Below are positions 42,143-52,381 of a stretch of 64,000 bases of DNA, in pieces. The notes under the pieces were generated by a model that saw nothing but the letters and a program-made list of their open reading frames with translations, searched no databases and was not told where the DNA came from. Position 1 is the stretch's first letter. Each line of letters starts with the position of its first letter. Source of the DNA: an uncultured Planctomycetota bacterium (GTDB taxonomy: Bacteria; Planctomycetota; Planctomycetia; Gemmatales; Gemmataceae); the NCBI GenBank assembly GCA_963849325.1, contig CAWKHF010000013.1:1-64000 (forward strand), in the 5' to 3' direction. The position numbers and the translations under genes were made by a program.

Positions 42143-43573
42143 ATGCAAGTGACCGACGATCTGATCCGCGGCGTGGTCCAGCAAGTGCTGTCGCAGATGC
42201 GCAACGGCCAACCGCCCGCCGCGCCCGGCCGCAACGGCCACGCGGCGCAGCGCGGCGTCTTCGCCGACGTCGAGACGCGCCGTCGCCGCCGCTCGCGCGG
42301 CCCAGAAGGAGTTCGAAGCGCGCGGCCTGGAAGACCGCCGCAAGGCCGTCGCCTGCATCCGCAAGATTTGCAGCGAGCAGGCCGAGACAGCTCGGCCGCG
42401 AGGAACTGGAAGAGACGAAGATCGGCCGGCTCGTCCACAAGATCGAGAAGCTGAAGGTCATCGCCGACCGCATCCCCGGCGTCGAGTTCCTGCGGACCGA
42501 CGCCTTCAGCGGCGAGAACGGCGTGTCGCTGCAGGAATACGCCCCCTTCGGCGTCATCGGCGTCATCACGCCGGTGACGCACTCGCTGCCGACGCTGGCC
42601 TGCAACGCCATCAACATGCTGGCCGCCGGCAACGCCCTGGTCTGCAACCCGCACCCCGTCGGGCGCGCGCATCGCCTGCAAGGGCGTGCAGCTGTTCAAC
42701 CAAGCGATCTACGAGGCCATCGGCATCGACAACCTGCATCACCATCATCGAGCAAGCCGACGCTGGAGTCGGCCCAGGCGATCTTCGACCATCGCGACGT
42801 CCGCATGCTGTGCGTCACCGGCGGCCCCGCCGTCGGCCGCGCCGCCCTGCGCAGTCCGAAGCGCGCCATCGTCGCCGGGCCCGGCAATCCGCCGGTCGTC
42901 GTCGATGAGACGGCCGACCTCGACAACGCCGCCCGCTCCATCGTCGCCGGCGGCGGCTACGACAACAACCTGCTGTGCATCGGCGAGAAGGAAGTCTTCG
43001 CCGTCGCCGCCATCTTCGACGAGTTGATGCGAGGCGATGACGCGCTACAAGGCCGTGCGCCTCGACGCCGGCCAGATCGAGGCGCTGACGAAGGCCGCCT
43101 TCGTCAAGGACGACAAGGGCCACGAGATGGTCAACAAGGACCTCATCGGCCAGGACGCCGCCGTGCTGGCCGAGCACGCCGGCGTCAAGGTGCCGGCCGA
43201 CACGGAACTGCTGTTCGGCGAGACGGACGAATCGCATCCGTTCGTCGATCACGAGCAGATGATGCCGTTCGTGCCGTTCGTGCGCGTGCCGGACGTGGAC
43301 ACGGCCATCGCGCTGGCCAAGAAGTACGAACACGGTTTCAAGCATACGAGCCTCATCCACTCGCGCAACGTGGAGACGATCACGCGCATGGGCCGCGAGA
43401 TGGACACGACGCTGTTCGTGCAGAATGGCCCGAGCATGGCCGGCCTGGGCAGCGGCGGCGAGGGCTATCTGAGCTTCAGCATCGCCACGCCGACCGGCGA
43501 GGGCGTGACGACGCCGCTGACGTTCACGCGGCAGCGGCGCTCGACGACGGTGCGGGCATTGCGGGTCCTCTAG
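42143..43573 (+). CDS. BMC acylating aldehyde dehydrogenase (EutE/PduP-like), multiply frameshifted
   Basis: '[12 protein letters not shown]', 'VTGG', 'AGPGNPP', '[10 protein letters not shown]', 'EQMMP', 'TPTGEG'. Confidence 0.88.
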
Positions 43574-43601
43574 CCGCTTGCGGCTTAGCGGGAGGTGTCG
43601 C

Positions 43602-43856
43602 ATGCAAATCGGTCGTGTCGTCGGTCATGCGGTTTCGACGGTGAAGCATCCCAGCTTGCAGGGCTGGAAACTGCTGCTCGTGCAACTGCTTGGCACCGAC
43701 GGCAAACCCGACGGCGAGCCGATCCTGGCCATCGATCGTCTCGGCGCGGGTGCCGGCGATCGCGTGGTTGTATGCAACGACGGGGCTGAGGCGCGGGCGA
43801 TGGTCGGGGCGAAGAACTCGCCGGTGCGCTGGTTCGTGATGGGCCTGGCGGATTGA
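43602..43856 (+). CDS. EutN/CcmL BMC pentamer
   Basis: 'MQIGRVVG', 'KH...KLL', 'DRLGAGAGD'. Confidence 0.88.
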   Translation: MQIGRVVGHAVSTVKHPSLQGWKLLLVQLLGTDGKPDGEPILAIDRLGAGAGDRVVVCNDGAEARAMVGAKNSPVRWFVMGLAD

Positions 43857-44310
43857 TGAACGGCAACGGACAAGCTGGGTCTGGCTGGGGTTATGCCGTC
43901 GAGGGCCGGCCCTCGACGATGCTGCAAATCGCCTTGCACGCCGCGCATCGCAAGGAGCATCCGCCGCAGACGCTGCCGGAGTGCAACGGCGAGACGTGCG
44001 ACTGGGTGCGGCGCGTGGCGGAGTGTCTGCGCAGTGGTCGCTGCCGCACGGCGTTGTTGTTCTGCCGCGATGCCTGCCTGGCGTGCTGCGTCGCCAACAA
44101 GGTGCCGGGCGTGCGGGCGGCCGCGGTAGGACGGTGGGACAAGCGGCGCGAGCGCTGGAGCAGCTAGGGGCGAACCTGCTCGTCGTGGAGATGGCGGATC
44201 GCACTTACTTCGAGTGCAAGGAAATGCTGCGGCTCTGCGGCGATGGCGCCGCCTGCCCGCCCGGTGTGGCGTGCATCCTGGAGGAGCTGGACGGCCATGC
44301 GCATCGCTGA
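43856..44310 (+). CDS. RpiB/LacA-like hypothetical BMC-locus protein, frameshifted
   Basis: 'CVANKVPGVRAA', 'LGANLL'. Confidence 0.6.
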
Positions 44311-44587
44311 GGTGATCGGCAACGTGACGCTGTCCCGCGTGCATCCGAGCCTGACCGGCGCGCGCTGGTCATCGGCGTGCCGTTCAGCCTGAAGGCGCTG
44401 CAGACTGGACGGGCTCGCCGATGGCGAGGACGTGGTGATCTACGACAACCTCGGCGCCGGCGTCGGCGCCCGCATCGGCTTCAGCGAGGGCGGCGAGGCG
44501 GCGGCGCCGTTCCACCCGGAGAAGAAGCCCGTCGATGCCTACTGTGCGTGCATTCTGGATACGGTGAGGATCAACGACGGAGAGTGA
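44297..44587 (+). CDS. EutN/CcmL BMC pentamer, frameshifted
   Basis: MRIAEVIGNVTLSRVHP ... YDNLGAGVG ... PVDAYCACILD. Confidence 0.8.
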
Positions 44588-44590
44588 ACC

Positions 44591-45453
44591 ATGAACGAAT
44601 ACAAGCTGAAAGAACAGATGTGCGAGATCGGCCGGCGGCTGTACGCCAAGGGCTTCGCGGCCGCCAACGACGGCAACATCACCGTCCGCCTCAACGAGCG
44701 CGAAGTCCTGTGCACGCCGACGATGGTGTCCAAGGGCTTCTTGAAGCCGGAAGACATCTGCAAAGTGGACATACGAGGGCAAGCAGCTGGCCGGCACCAC
44801 GCAAGCGCACCAGCGAGGTGCTGCTTGCACCTGGCCATCTACAAGCAGCGGCCCGACGTGATGGCGGCCGTCCACTGCCATCCGCCGCACGCCACCGCCT
44901 TCGCCGTCGCCCACGAGCCGATCCCCAAGTGCATCCTGCCCGAGGTCGAGGTCTTCCTCGGCGAGGTGCCCATCGCCGTCTACGAGACGCCCGGCGGCCA
45001 GAAGTTCGCCGACACCGTCGTGCCCTACGTCAAGGACTGCAACACCATCATCCTGGCCAACCACGGCACCGTGACGTTCGGGCCGGACCTGGAGAAGGCG
45101 TACTGGAACACGGAGATCATCGACGCCTATTGCCGAATCCTGATCCTCGCCAAGCAGCTGGGCCGTATCAATTACTTCGACGAGCAGAAGACGCGCGAGC
45201 TGCTGGAGCTGAAAAAGCGGCTGGGCTACGACGACGTCCGCTTTCACGACGACAGACTGCCCCATCTGCGGCGACAGCAGCTTTGACGAGTCCTACACTG
45301 ATTTCGTGCCCCGGCCGCATGCCTTCCGGCGCGACGCCTGTTCGTTGCAGGCATCGCCGCAACGGCCAGGCCGGCGGCGGCGTGGACATGGACGAATTGG
45401 TGCGGACGATCACCGATCAGGTCATGGCCGCCCTTAACGGGGTGGCCGTTTGA
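44591..45453 (+). CDS. Class II aldolase (FucA/RhaD-like), frameshifted, with C-terminal encapsulation-like peptide
   Basis: 'DGNITVR', 'HCHPPHAT', 'LANHG'; tail 'DMDELVRTITDQVMAAL'. Confidence 0.87.
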
Positions 45454-45498
45454 CAGGTCGGCGGTCGCCGCGGCGACGCGATTGCGGCGAGGCGAGCG

Positions 45499-45844
45499 AT
45501 GTTCAATTTTCGTCGAGACAAGGCCGGCTTCTTCATCACGCTGATTCTGTTGACCATCGTGACGGGCACGGCCGATCAGCACGTTGGTCCTGCTGATCGT
45601 GGGCATCGCGCAAGGCGACTGGCAAGCGCACCTGACCTCGACCAAAGTGGTGCTCGGCTCGGCCTGGGTGGCGTGCATCATCACCGTGCTCATCCGGCTG
45701 AAGATTTTCAAATGGCAGCACGATCGAGCGCTGCGGCAGCGTGGTCTCGACAAAGCCGAGGAGACGCCGGGCGGCGACATACCCGAAGAGAAACCGAGGG
45801 GCGACCTCGGCGAGCCGGAGGGATTTCGAGGAGCACCAGGTTAG
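45499..45844 (+). CDS. Small hypothetical membrane protein, frameshifted
   Basis: Hydrophobic segments in ORF starts 45499 and 45584. Confidence 0.45.
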
Positions 45845-45861
45845 AAAGGCGGTGGATCATC

Positions 45862-46089
45862 ATGGCCGGTGGAAGCATTGAAGAGCGTCTCGCGGCTGTG
45901 GAAGCGGAGTTGCTTCGCTTGAAACAGATGGTCGAACCGGAGAAGGCAGATTCGTGGGTGGAAGAATGGGCCGGGGCCTTTCTGAACGATCCATATTTTG
46001 AGAAGGCCATGAAGTACGGACGCCAGTACCGAGAATCGCTGCGACCGAAAAAAACGGCCAAACGAAAACGATCTCCTGGTGATTCTTGA
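45862..46089 (+). CDS. Small hypothetical protein, antitoxin-like, 75 aa
   Basis: MAGGSIEERLAAVEAELLRLK...WVEEWAGAFLNDPYFEKAMKYGRQYRES. Lower GC than its neighbours. Confidence 0.55.
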   Translation: MAGGSIEERLAAVEAELLRLKQMVEPEKADSWVEEWAGAFLNDPYFEKAMKYGRQYRESLRPKKTAKRKRSPGDS

Positions 46090-46126
46090 TATGGATCTCC
46101 AGGGCCAACATTCAACGAGTGAAACC

Positions 46127-47140
46127 ATGAAAGTCAGCATCATCGGCGGCGGCGGACTGGTCGGCAGCATGGCCGCCTACGCCTTGCAGTGCGGCGGCAT
46201 CGTCAATCATCTTTGCCTCATCGACGCCAACGCCGACGCGGCCAAGGGCCACGCCCTGGAGCTGCTGCACGGCGCCGCCTTGACCAGCGACCAGCGTCTC
46301 AGCGCCGGCACGATGGAAGACGTGGCGACGAGCAACATCGTCGTCATCACGGCCGGCCTGCGCCGCAAGCCCGACGAGAGCCGGCTCGACCTCATCAACC
46401 GCAACGTCGATCTGTTCCTGGCGCTGCTCGACCAGGTCAAGGCGGCCGGCCTGAAGGACAGACGCCTACCTCGTCGTCGTCAGCAACCCGGTGGACGTGC
46501 TGACGTACCTGGCGGTGCAGCGCAGCGGCCTGCCGTGGCAGCGCGTCCTCGGCCTGGGCACGCAGCTGGACACGGCCCGTTTCCGCGGCTATCTCGCCAA
46601 GCGCCTCGAAGTGCCGGCCACGCAGGTGCAGGCGATGATCCTCGGCGAGCACGGCGACAGCATGGTGCCGATCTGGTCCAGCGCCACCGTCGCCGGCCTG
46701 CCGCTGGAGCAATGGCCGGGCTTCACGCCGGCTGTGCAGAGCGAGGTGTTCGAGGACACGAAGACGGCCGGAGCGCAGCTCATCAAGCTCAAGGGCGGCT
46801 CCGGCTTCGCGCGTCGGCTTGTCGATCCGCGAAGTCGTCGAATCGCTGGCCCGCGACAGCCGGCGCGTGCTGCCGGTCAGCACGCTTGCAGCAGGGGTTG
46901 TACGGCATCCGCGACGTGTGCCTGTCGGTGCCGACCGTGGTCGGCTGCGGCGGCGTCCGCCAGCAGATCGAGTTGCCGCTGACGCCGAAGGAGCGGCTGG
47001 CGATGCAGCAATCGGCGCGCGTGCTGCGCGAGACGATCGATCAGGTCGAGGCGCGGATCGGCAAGGTGAGGGCCAACCACGCTGCAACGCCCGCCCCGCG
47101 CGGCAACGCTATCCCGCGCTCGGCGTGGCAAAGAACATAA
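46127..47140 (+). CDS. L-lactate/malate dehydrogenase family, frameshifted
   Basis: 'IIGGGGLVG', 'ITAGLRRKPDESRLDL', 'NPVD', 'LDTARF', 'GEHGDS'. Confidence 0.88.
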   Translation: MKVSIIGGGGLVGSMAAYALQCGGIVNHLCLIDANADAAKGHALELLHGAALTSDQRLSAGTMEDVATSNIVVITAGLRRKPDESRLDLINRNVDLFLALLDQVKAAGLKDRRLPRRRQQPGGRADVPGGAAQRPAVAARPRPGHAAGHGPFPRLSRQAPRSAGHAGAGDDPRRARRQHGADLVQRHRRRPAAGAMAGLHAGCAERGVRGHEDGRSAAHQAQGRLRLRASACRSAKSSNRWPATAGACCRSARLQQGLYGIRDVCLSVPTVVGCGGVRQQIELPLTPKERLAMQQSARVLRETIDQVEARIGKVRANHAATPAPRGNAIPRSAWQRT

Positions 47141-47160
47141 ACCGTCTAGAAGAATTAAGT

Positions 47161-47253
47161 AACCACGGATAACACGGATGAACACGGATGAAGAACAAAA
47201 CACAATGAATTCTATTTTTGTCTTATCCGTGTTCATCCGTGTTATCCGTGGTT
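47161..47253. repeat. Inverted 9-mer tandem element, family B copy 3
   Basis: AACCACGGATAACACGGATGAACACGGAT ... ATCCGTGTTCATCCGTGTTATCCGTGGTT. Confidence 0.85.
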
Positions 47254-47272
47254 ATTTTTGAGGATCGCCATA

Positions 47273-48523
47273 ATGCAGAAATCGCTCGACCTCAAGCTGG
47301 CCCGCATCCACGCCGACCCGCACGGCTGCAAGGACTTCATCCTCGCCGACGCCAAGGACGCCGACATGGCCCTGGCCATCGGCGCCCCCGGCCGTTCGCC
47401 GGAGTCCCACAGCGGCGAGCTGCGCTATCGCACCCTGGCCGAGTTCCGCGACATCATCGCGCAGATCGTCGAAGCAAAGCTGGTGGACATCATGCTCATG
47501 TCCGCCAGCACCAGCGAAGTGCTGACCATCCACAAGCGGCTCTTCGACAACAGCCCCGTCACGCCCGCCGCCCGCGCCAACGACACCACCGACATTCACA
47601 TCATCCGCGGCAGCAAATATCCGACATCGCCGTCGCTGCCCTTCCGCACCGCCACGCTCGATCATATCCAGTGCGGCCATCTCGACTGCAAGCCGGAGGA
47701 ACGTCCGCTCGGCGCCAACCTCGGCCTGTACAGCATCACCTTCAACAACGATACGGTGCTCGACCGCGCCGCCCTGGAGGAGTACAAGCAGTTCCGCCTG
47801 GAGGCCGAGCGCAAGGGCTTCCGCCACTTCCTCGAAGTGTTCGATCCCAACCGGCCGGAGGCGGTCGAGGCCGAGCCAGCTGCCCGGCTTCATCAACGAC
47901 GCCATCGTCCGCACGCTCGGCGGCGTCACCAGCCAGGGCCGGCCGCTGTTCCTCAAGATGGTCTACCACGGCCCGCAGGCGATGGAGGAGCTGGTCCACT
48001 ACGACCCGCACCTGGTCGTCGGCATCCTCGGCGGCTCGGCCGGCACCACCTACGATGCCTTCAAGCTGCTGAGCGAGGCGAAGAAGTACGGCGCTCGCGT
48101 TGCTCTGTTCGGCCGCAAGATCAACAACGCGGAGAACCAGCTCGCTTTTATCCGCTTCCTGCGTCTCATCGCCGACGGCGAAATCAGCGCCGAGGAGGCC
48201 GTGCGGGCGTATCACGGCGTCTTGCAGCATCTCGGCATCAAGCCGCAGCGCTCGCTGGCCGACGACATGCAGTTGCAAACCAACGTCATGAGCTACGGCG
48301 GCAACGGCGTCGTCATCAGCGTGCCGTCCCGTCCCGCGCGACGAACCAGCCGAAGCAGCCGGCCGCTGCCTGCGCGTGCAAGAGCACCGCGCACGCCGCC
48401 TGCGCCTGTGCGGAGAAGAAGCCAGGCAAGGCGGAGACGAACGGCACGGTGGACTTCACGAAGATGACGGCGGCGCAAAAGGTCGCCTACCACAAGGCCC
48501 GCTGGGACCGCATCCTCGGTTGA
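47273..48523 (+). CDS. Hypothetical aldolase-like (TIM-barrel) protein following the BMC locus, frameshifted
   Basis: 'FILADAKDADMA', 'FLEVFDPN', 'VGILGG', 'ALFGRKI'. Confidence 0.6.
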   Translation: MQKSLDLKLARIHADPHGCKDFILADAKDADMALAIGAPGRSPESHSGELRYRTLAEFRDIIAQIVEAKLVDIMLMSASTSEVLTIHKRLFDNSPVTPAARANDTTDIHIIRGSKYPTSPSLPFRTATLDHIQCGHLDCKPEERPLGANLGLYSITFNNDTVLDRAALEEYKQFRLEAERKGFRHFLEVFDPNRPEAVEAEPAARLHQRRHRPHARRRHQPGPAAVPQDGLPRPAGDGGAGPLRPAPGRRHPRRLGRHHLRCLQAAERGEEVRRSRCSVRPQDQQRGEPARFYPLPASHRRRRNQRRGGRAGVSRRLAASRHQAAALAGRRHAVANQRHELRRQRRRHQRAVPSRATNQPKQPAAACACKSTAHAACACAEKKPGKAETNGTVDFTKMTAAQKVAYHKARWDRILG

Positions 48524-48551
48524 GGCGACGGCCAACACGGGACGGACGGCC

Positions 48552-49082
48552 ATGAATCTTATCGCTCAAGTCCAGACGCCACGTCTGCTCCTCCGTCGCA
48601 TGGGCGCGGAAGACCTCGACAACCTGACGCGGATGCACCTCGATCCGCGGGTGATGGCCACGATGGGCGGCGTCCGCTCGCCGGCCGAGACGAAGGAATG
48701 GCTCGTCCGCCAGACGGACCACTGGGAGCGTTGCGGCTTCGGTTTGTGGATGGCCTGCGACCGCACTAGCGGCGAGTTCGTCGGGCGCGGCGGATTGCAT
48801 CACGTCGAGATCGACGGCCGCGACGAGATCGAGGTCGGCTACTGTTTCCTCGCGGACTTCTGGGGTCGCGGCCTGGCGACGGAGTTGGCCCGCGAAAGCG
48901 TGCGCGTGGCCTTCGAGGCGCTGGGTTTCTCCGATCTCGTCTGCTTCACCCTGCCGACCAATCTCGCCTCGCAGCGCGTCATGCAAAAGGCCGACTTCCG
49001 CTACGAGCGCGAAACGGTCTACAAGGATCTTCCTCACGTCTTGTACCGTCTCCGTTCCGGAGAGAGAGCCTTGCACAGCTAG
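48552..49082 (+). CDS. GNAT (RimJ/RimL-type) acetyltransferase
   Basis: 'TPRLLLR', 'EVGY', 'WGRGLATE', 'NLASQRVMQK'. Confidence 0.9.
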   Translation: MNLIAQVQTPRLLLRRMGAEDLDNLTRMHLDPRVMATMGGVRSPAETKEWLVRQTDHWERCGFGLWMACDRTSGEFVGRGGLHHVEIDGRDEIEVGYCFLADFWGRGLATELARESVRVAFEALGFSDLVCFTLPTNLASQRVMQKADFRYERETVYKDLPHVLYRLRSGERALHS

Positions 49083-50413
49083 GACGTGCGGCGTTCGGTC
49101 AGTACGGTGTCGAGGATGCGCACGGCTATCTCGACCTGTTCGGCGCTGATGCACAGCGGCGGGCAGAAGCGGACGGCGCTCTCGCCGCAGCCCAGCAGCA
49201 GCAGCCCATGTCGGAAGGCCGACTGCACCACGGCGTCGCGCAGCGCCGCGGCCGAGCCGCCGTCGCGCTCGCCGGCCAGGTCCAGGGCGACCATCAGACC
49301 CAGGCCGCGCACTTCGCGGATCTGCGGGTGTCGGGGCTGGAGGCGGAGCAGCGCTTGCTTGAGCTGTTCGCCGCGCTGGGCGGCGTTGGCGATGTAGCCG
49401 CCTTCGAGCAGGTCGAGCGTGGCCAGGGCGGCGCGGCAGCTGACGGGGTTGCCGCCGAACGTGCTGGCGTGGCTGCCCGATGGCCAATCCATGACCTCCT
49501 CGCGCGCGACGATGGCGCCCAGCGGCATGCCGCTGGCGATGCCCTTGGCCAGGCAGAGGATGTCCGGCTCGACGTCCCAGTGTTCGACGGCGTACAGCTT
49601 GCCGGTGCGGCCCATGCCGCTCTGCACCTCGTCGGCGACCAGCAAAAAGCCGTGACGGTCGCACAGTGTACGCAGAGCGGGCAGAAAGCCGGGCGGCGGA
49701 ACGTAGTAGCCGCCCTCGCCCTGGATCGGCTCGACGAAGATGGCGGCGACCTCGTCCGGCGGCGCGATGCGACGCAGCACCGTCTCCTCGATCTGGCGGA
49801 CGCACTCACAGCCGCCCTCGCCCCGGTCGCAGCCGTGGCAGCCGCGCGGATAGGGGACGTGGTGGATGTCCGGCACCAGCGGGGCGAAGCCGCGGCGATG
49901 CACCAGCTTGGAGCCGGACAGCGACATGGCGCCATAGGTGCGACCGTGGAAGGCGCCGAAGAAGGCGATGACGCGCGAGCGGCCGGTGTGCCAGCGGGCC
50001 AGCTTCAGGGCCGCCTCCAGCGCCTCGGCGCCGCTGTTGGTGAAGAAGACGCGCTTGGGCGATGTGCCGGGTCCGCTCTCGGCCAGGCGCTGGGCCAGGT
50101 CGATCTGCGGCTGGTAGTAGAAATCGGTGCCGGACATGTGCAGCAGCTTGTGTGCCTGGTCCGTGATGGCCGCGACGACGTGCGGGTGACAGTGGCCGGT
50201 GGACGTCACGGCGATGCCGGCGGTGAAGTCGAGGAACAGGTTGCCGTCCACGTCCTGGATGACGGCGCCGCTGCCGCGCTCGACCACCAGCGGATAGACG
50301 CGCGTGTACGAGGGCGACATGAAGCGCGCGTCGCGCTGGAGCAGCGCCTGCGCCTTGGGGCCAGGCAGCGGCGTGCGGATGTTCGGGACGGTTTCCTTCT
50401 CGAAAAGCCACAT
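49079..50413 (-). CDS. Class III aminotransferase (GabT/ArgD-like)
   Basis: 'NSGAEA', 'FHGRT', 'EPIQGEGG', 'DEVQSGMGRTG', 'AKGIASG'. Confidence 0.92.
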   Translation of the reverse strand: MWLFEKETVPNIRTPLPGPKAQALLQRDARFMSPSYTRVYPLVVERGSGAVIQDVDGNLFLDFTAGIAVTSTGHCHPHVVAAITDQAHKLLHMSGTDFYYQPQIDLAQRLAESGPGTSPKRVFFTNSGAEALEAALKLARWHTGRSRVIAFFGAFHGRTYGAMSLSGSKLVHRRGFAPLVPDIHHVPYPRGCHGCDRGEGGCECVRQIEETVLRRIAPPDEVAAIFVEPIQGEGGYYVPPPGFLPALRTLCDRHGFLLVADEVQSGMGRTGKLYAVEHWDVEPDILCLAKGIASGMPLGAIVAREEVMDWPSGSHASTFGGNPVSCRAALATLDLLEGGYIANAAQRGEQLKQALLRLQPRHPQIREVRGLGLMVALDLAGERDGGSAAALRDAVVQSAFRHGLLLLGCGESAVRFCPPLCISAEQVEIAVRILDTVLTERRTS

Positions 50414-50436
50414 GGACGATCCTCCTTGAACTAGAT

Positions 50437-50592
50437 AAGAATTTCACCACGGAACACACGGAATACACGGAAAAAGACAAAAATAAAAGGATCGGAACGA
50501 TCAGGGAGAGCGAGGTGTGCATTTGTTATGCATAACCTATCCTCCTTTTTGTCTTTTTCCGTGTATTCCGTGTGTTCCGTGGTGAAATTCTT
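50437..50592. repeat. Inverted 9-mer tandem element, family B variant, with 47-bp perfect arms
   Basis: AAGAATTTCACCACGGAACACACGGAATACACGGAAAAAGACAAAAA (50437-50483) and its exact reverse complement (50546-50592). Confidence 0.88.
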
Positions 50593-50602
50593 TGTGATCC
50601 TT

Positions 50603-52114
50603 TTACGCTGGGCCGCCCTCAATGTCGGTCGTCAACCCCTGGGCCATCTTGACCTCGGTGCCGTGGTTGACCGTCCACGCCGTCTTGTGCGTGACCGTCT
50701 CGATCAGCCCGGCGGCGGAGGGATGGCCGTTGCCGCTCTTCTTGACGCCGCCGAACGGCAGGTGGACCTCGGCGCCGATGCACGGCAGATTGACGTAGCC
50801 CATGCCGTACTCGCACTCGTCGCGGAACCAACGCATGGCCCGGTAGTCTTCCGTCACCACCGCCATCGACAACCCGTAGTGCGTGTCGTTGTAGATGCGT
50901 ACCGCGTCCTCGTTGTTCTTGAAGGGGACCAGCGCCAGATGCGGGCCGAACACCTCTTCGCGCAGCACGCGCACCCCGCGGCGATGCTCCATGCGGTAGA
51001 CGAACGGCGACAGGTAGCAGCCGGCGGCGTGCTCGCCGCCGGTCATGCGGCCGCCGTCGAGCAGTACCGTGGCGCCTTCCTGGCGGGCCAGGGCGTTGTA
51101 ACGCTCGACCTTCTCGACCGCGTCGCGGTGGATGACAGGGCCAGTGAAGTTGCCGGGGTCGAGCGGGTCGCCGATGCGCAGCCGTTTCGCCGCGGCCACC
51201 AGCTTGTCGGCGAAGCGGTCGAAGATCGACTCGGCGACGAGGATACGGCCGGCCGAGACACAGCGCTGGCCGCTGGTCTTGAAGGCGCTGACCAGGGCAC
51301 AGTTGACGGCCAGGTCGAGCCGGGCGTCGGCGCAGACGATGACGGCGCTTTTGCTGCCCATCTCGCAGGCGACGATGCGATCGTAATGCTCGGCGGACAG
51401 CTGCTGGATGCGCTGGCCGACGTCGTAGCTGCCGGTGAACAGCACGACGTTGACGTCCGCGTCGCGGACCAGCGCCTCGCCGGTCTCGGCCGCTCCGTGT
51501 ACGAGGTTGACCGTACCGGCGGGGAAGCCGGCCTCCTCGAACAACTCGGTCAGGCGCTGGCCGATGGCCGGCGTGTCCTCCGAAGGCTTGAAGACGACCG
51601 TGTTGCCTTCGAGCAGGCTCGGCCCGAGCATCCACAGCGGCACGGCGAAAGGGAAATTCCACGGCGTAATGACGGCGACGACGCCCCAGGGCTTGCGGCG
51701 CATGAAGGCGTCCTTCTCGGCGATCTCCGAGGCCAGCACGTCGCCGATCGGCATGCGGCCGGTGCCGAAGACGTATTGAACCATGTGCAAGCCTTCGATC
51801 ACCTCGGCCCGGCACTCGCTGACAACCTTGCCGCACTCGCGGGCCATCAGCCGGGCCAGCTCGTCGGCCTCGCGCTTGACGATCTGGGCGAGGTTGTCGA
51901 ACAGTTCGGCGCGGTGGATGCGACTGGCGCGGCGCCAGGCGGGGAAAGCGGCGCGGGCGGCGGCGACGGCCTGCCGTGCCGCCTCGACGCCGCTGTCGGG
52001 GAAGACGCCGAGGACCTCGCTCTCGCGGGCGGGGCTACGGCTCTCGAAGCGGACGCCGTTGGCGGGCTGCCAACGGCCGGCAATCAGGTTGCGTCCGGTG
52101 ATGATGGCGGACAT
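50603..52114 (-). CDS. NAD(P)-dependent aldehyde dehydrogenase
   Basis: 'ITPWNFP', 'FTGS', 'EMGSKS', 'GQRC', 'EEVFGP', 'PFGGVKKSG'. Confidence 0.93.
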   Translation of the reverse strand: MSAIITGRNLIAGRWQPANGVRFESRSPARESEVLGVFPDSGVEAARQAVAAARAAFPAWRRASRIHRAELFDNLAQIVKREADELARLMARECGKVVSECRAEVIEGLHMVQYVFGTGRMPIGDVLASEIAEKDAFMRRKPWGVVAVITPWNFPFAVPLWMLGPSLLEGNTVVFKPSEDTPAIGQRLTELFEEAGFPAGTVNLVHGAAETGEALVRDADVNVVLFTGSYDVGQRIQQLSAEHYDRIVACEMGSKSAVIVCADARLDLAVNCALVSAFKTSGQRCVSAGRILVAESIFDRFADKLVAAAKRLRIGDPLDPGNFTGPVIHRDAVEKVERYNALARQEGATVLLDGGRMTGGEHAAGCYLSPFVYRMEHRRGVRVLREEVFGPHLALVPFKNNEDAVRIYNDTHYGLSMAVVTEDYRAMRWFRDECEYGMGYVNLPCIGAEVHLPFGGVKKSGNGHPSAAGLIETVTHKTAWTVNHGTEVKMAQGLTTDIEGGPA

Positions 52115-52381
52115 GCGGTCGGTCCTCCTGAACTACAAGGCTGGCGGCCCTTCCCGGCCGGGGGCGGGACGATCGCGCCGGGGGAGAATCGAGGGAGATT
52201 TGACACGCGGGTTCGATCGTTCCATCGTTATTATATCGGAAGGGACAATCCTCTCAACCACAAGCGCGGCGGCGGGCCGGGCGACTTCCTCCCGTCGGGG
52301 TTGCCTTCACCGCGTCCGGTGTGGATAATGGATCGAAACGGTGACTAATTCCGGTAGCACGATCCTGCGAGGGACACGGCC

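Noticed and set aside
13445-50592. CRISPR array (repeat families A and B)
   Set aside because: Copies are dispersed and inverted, not regularly spaced direct repeats with unique spacers, and there are no cas genes.
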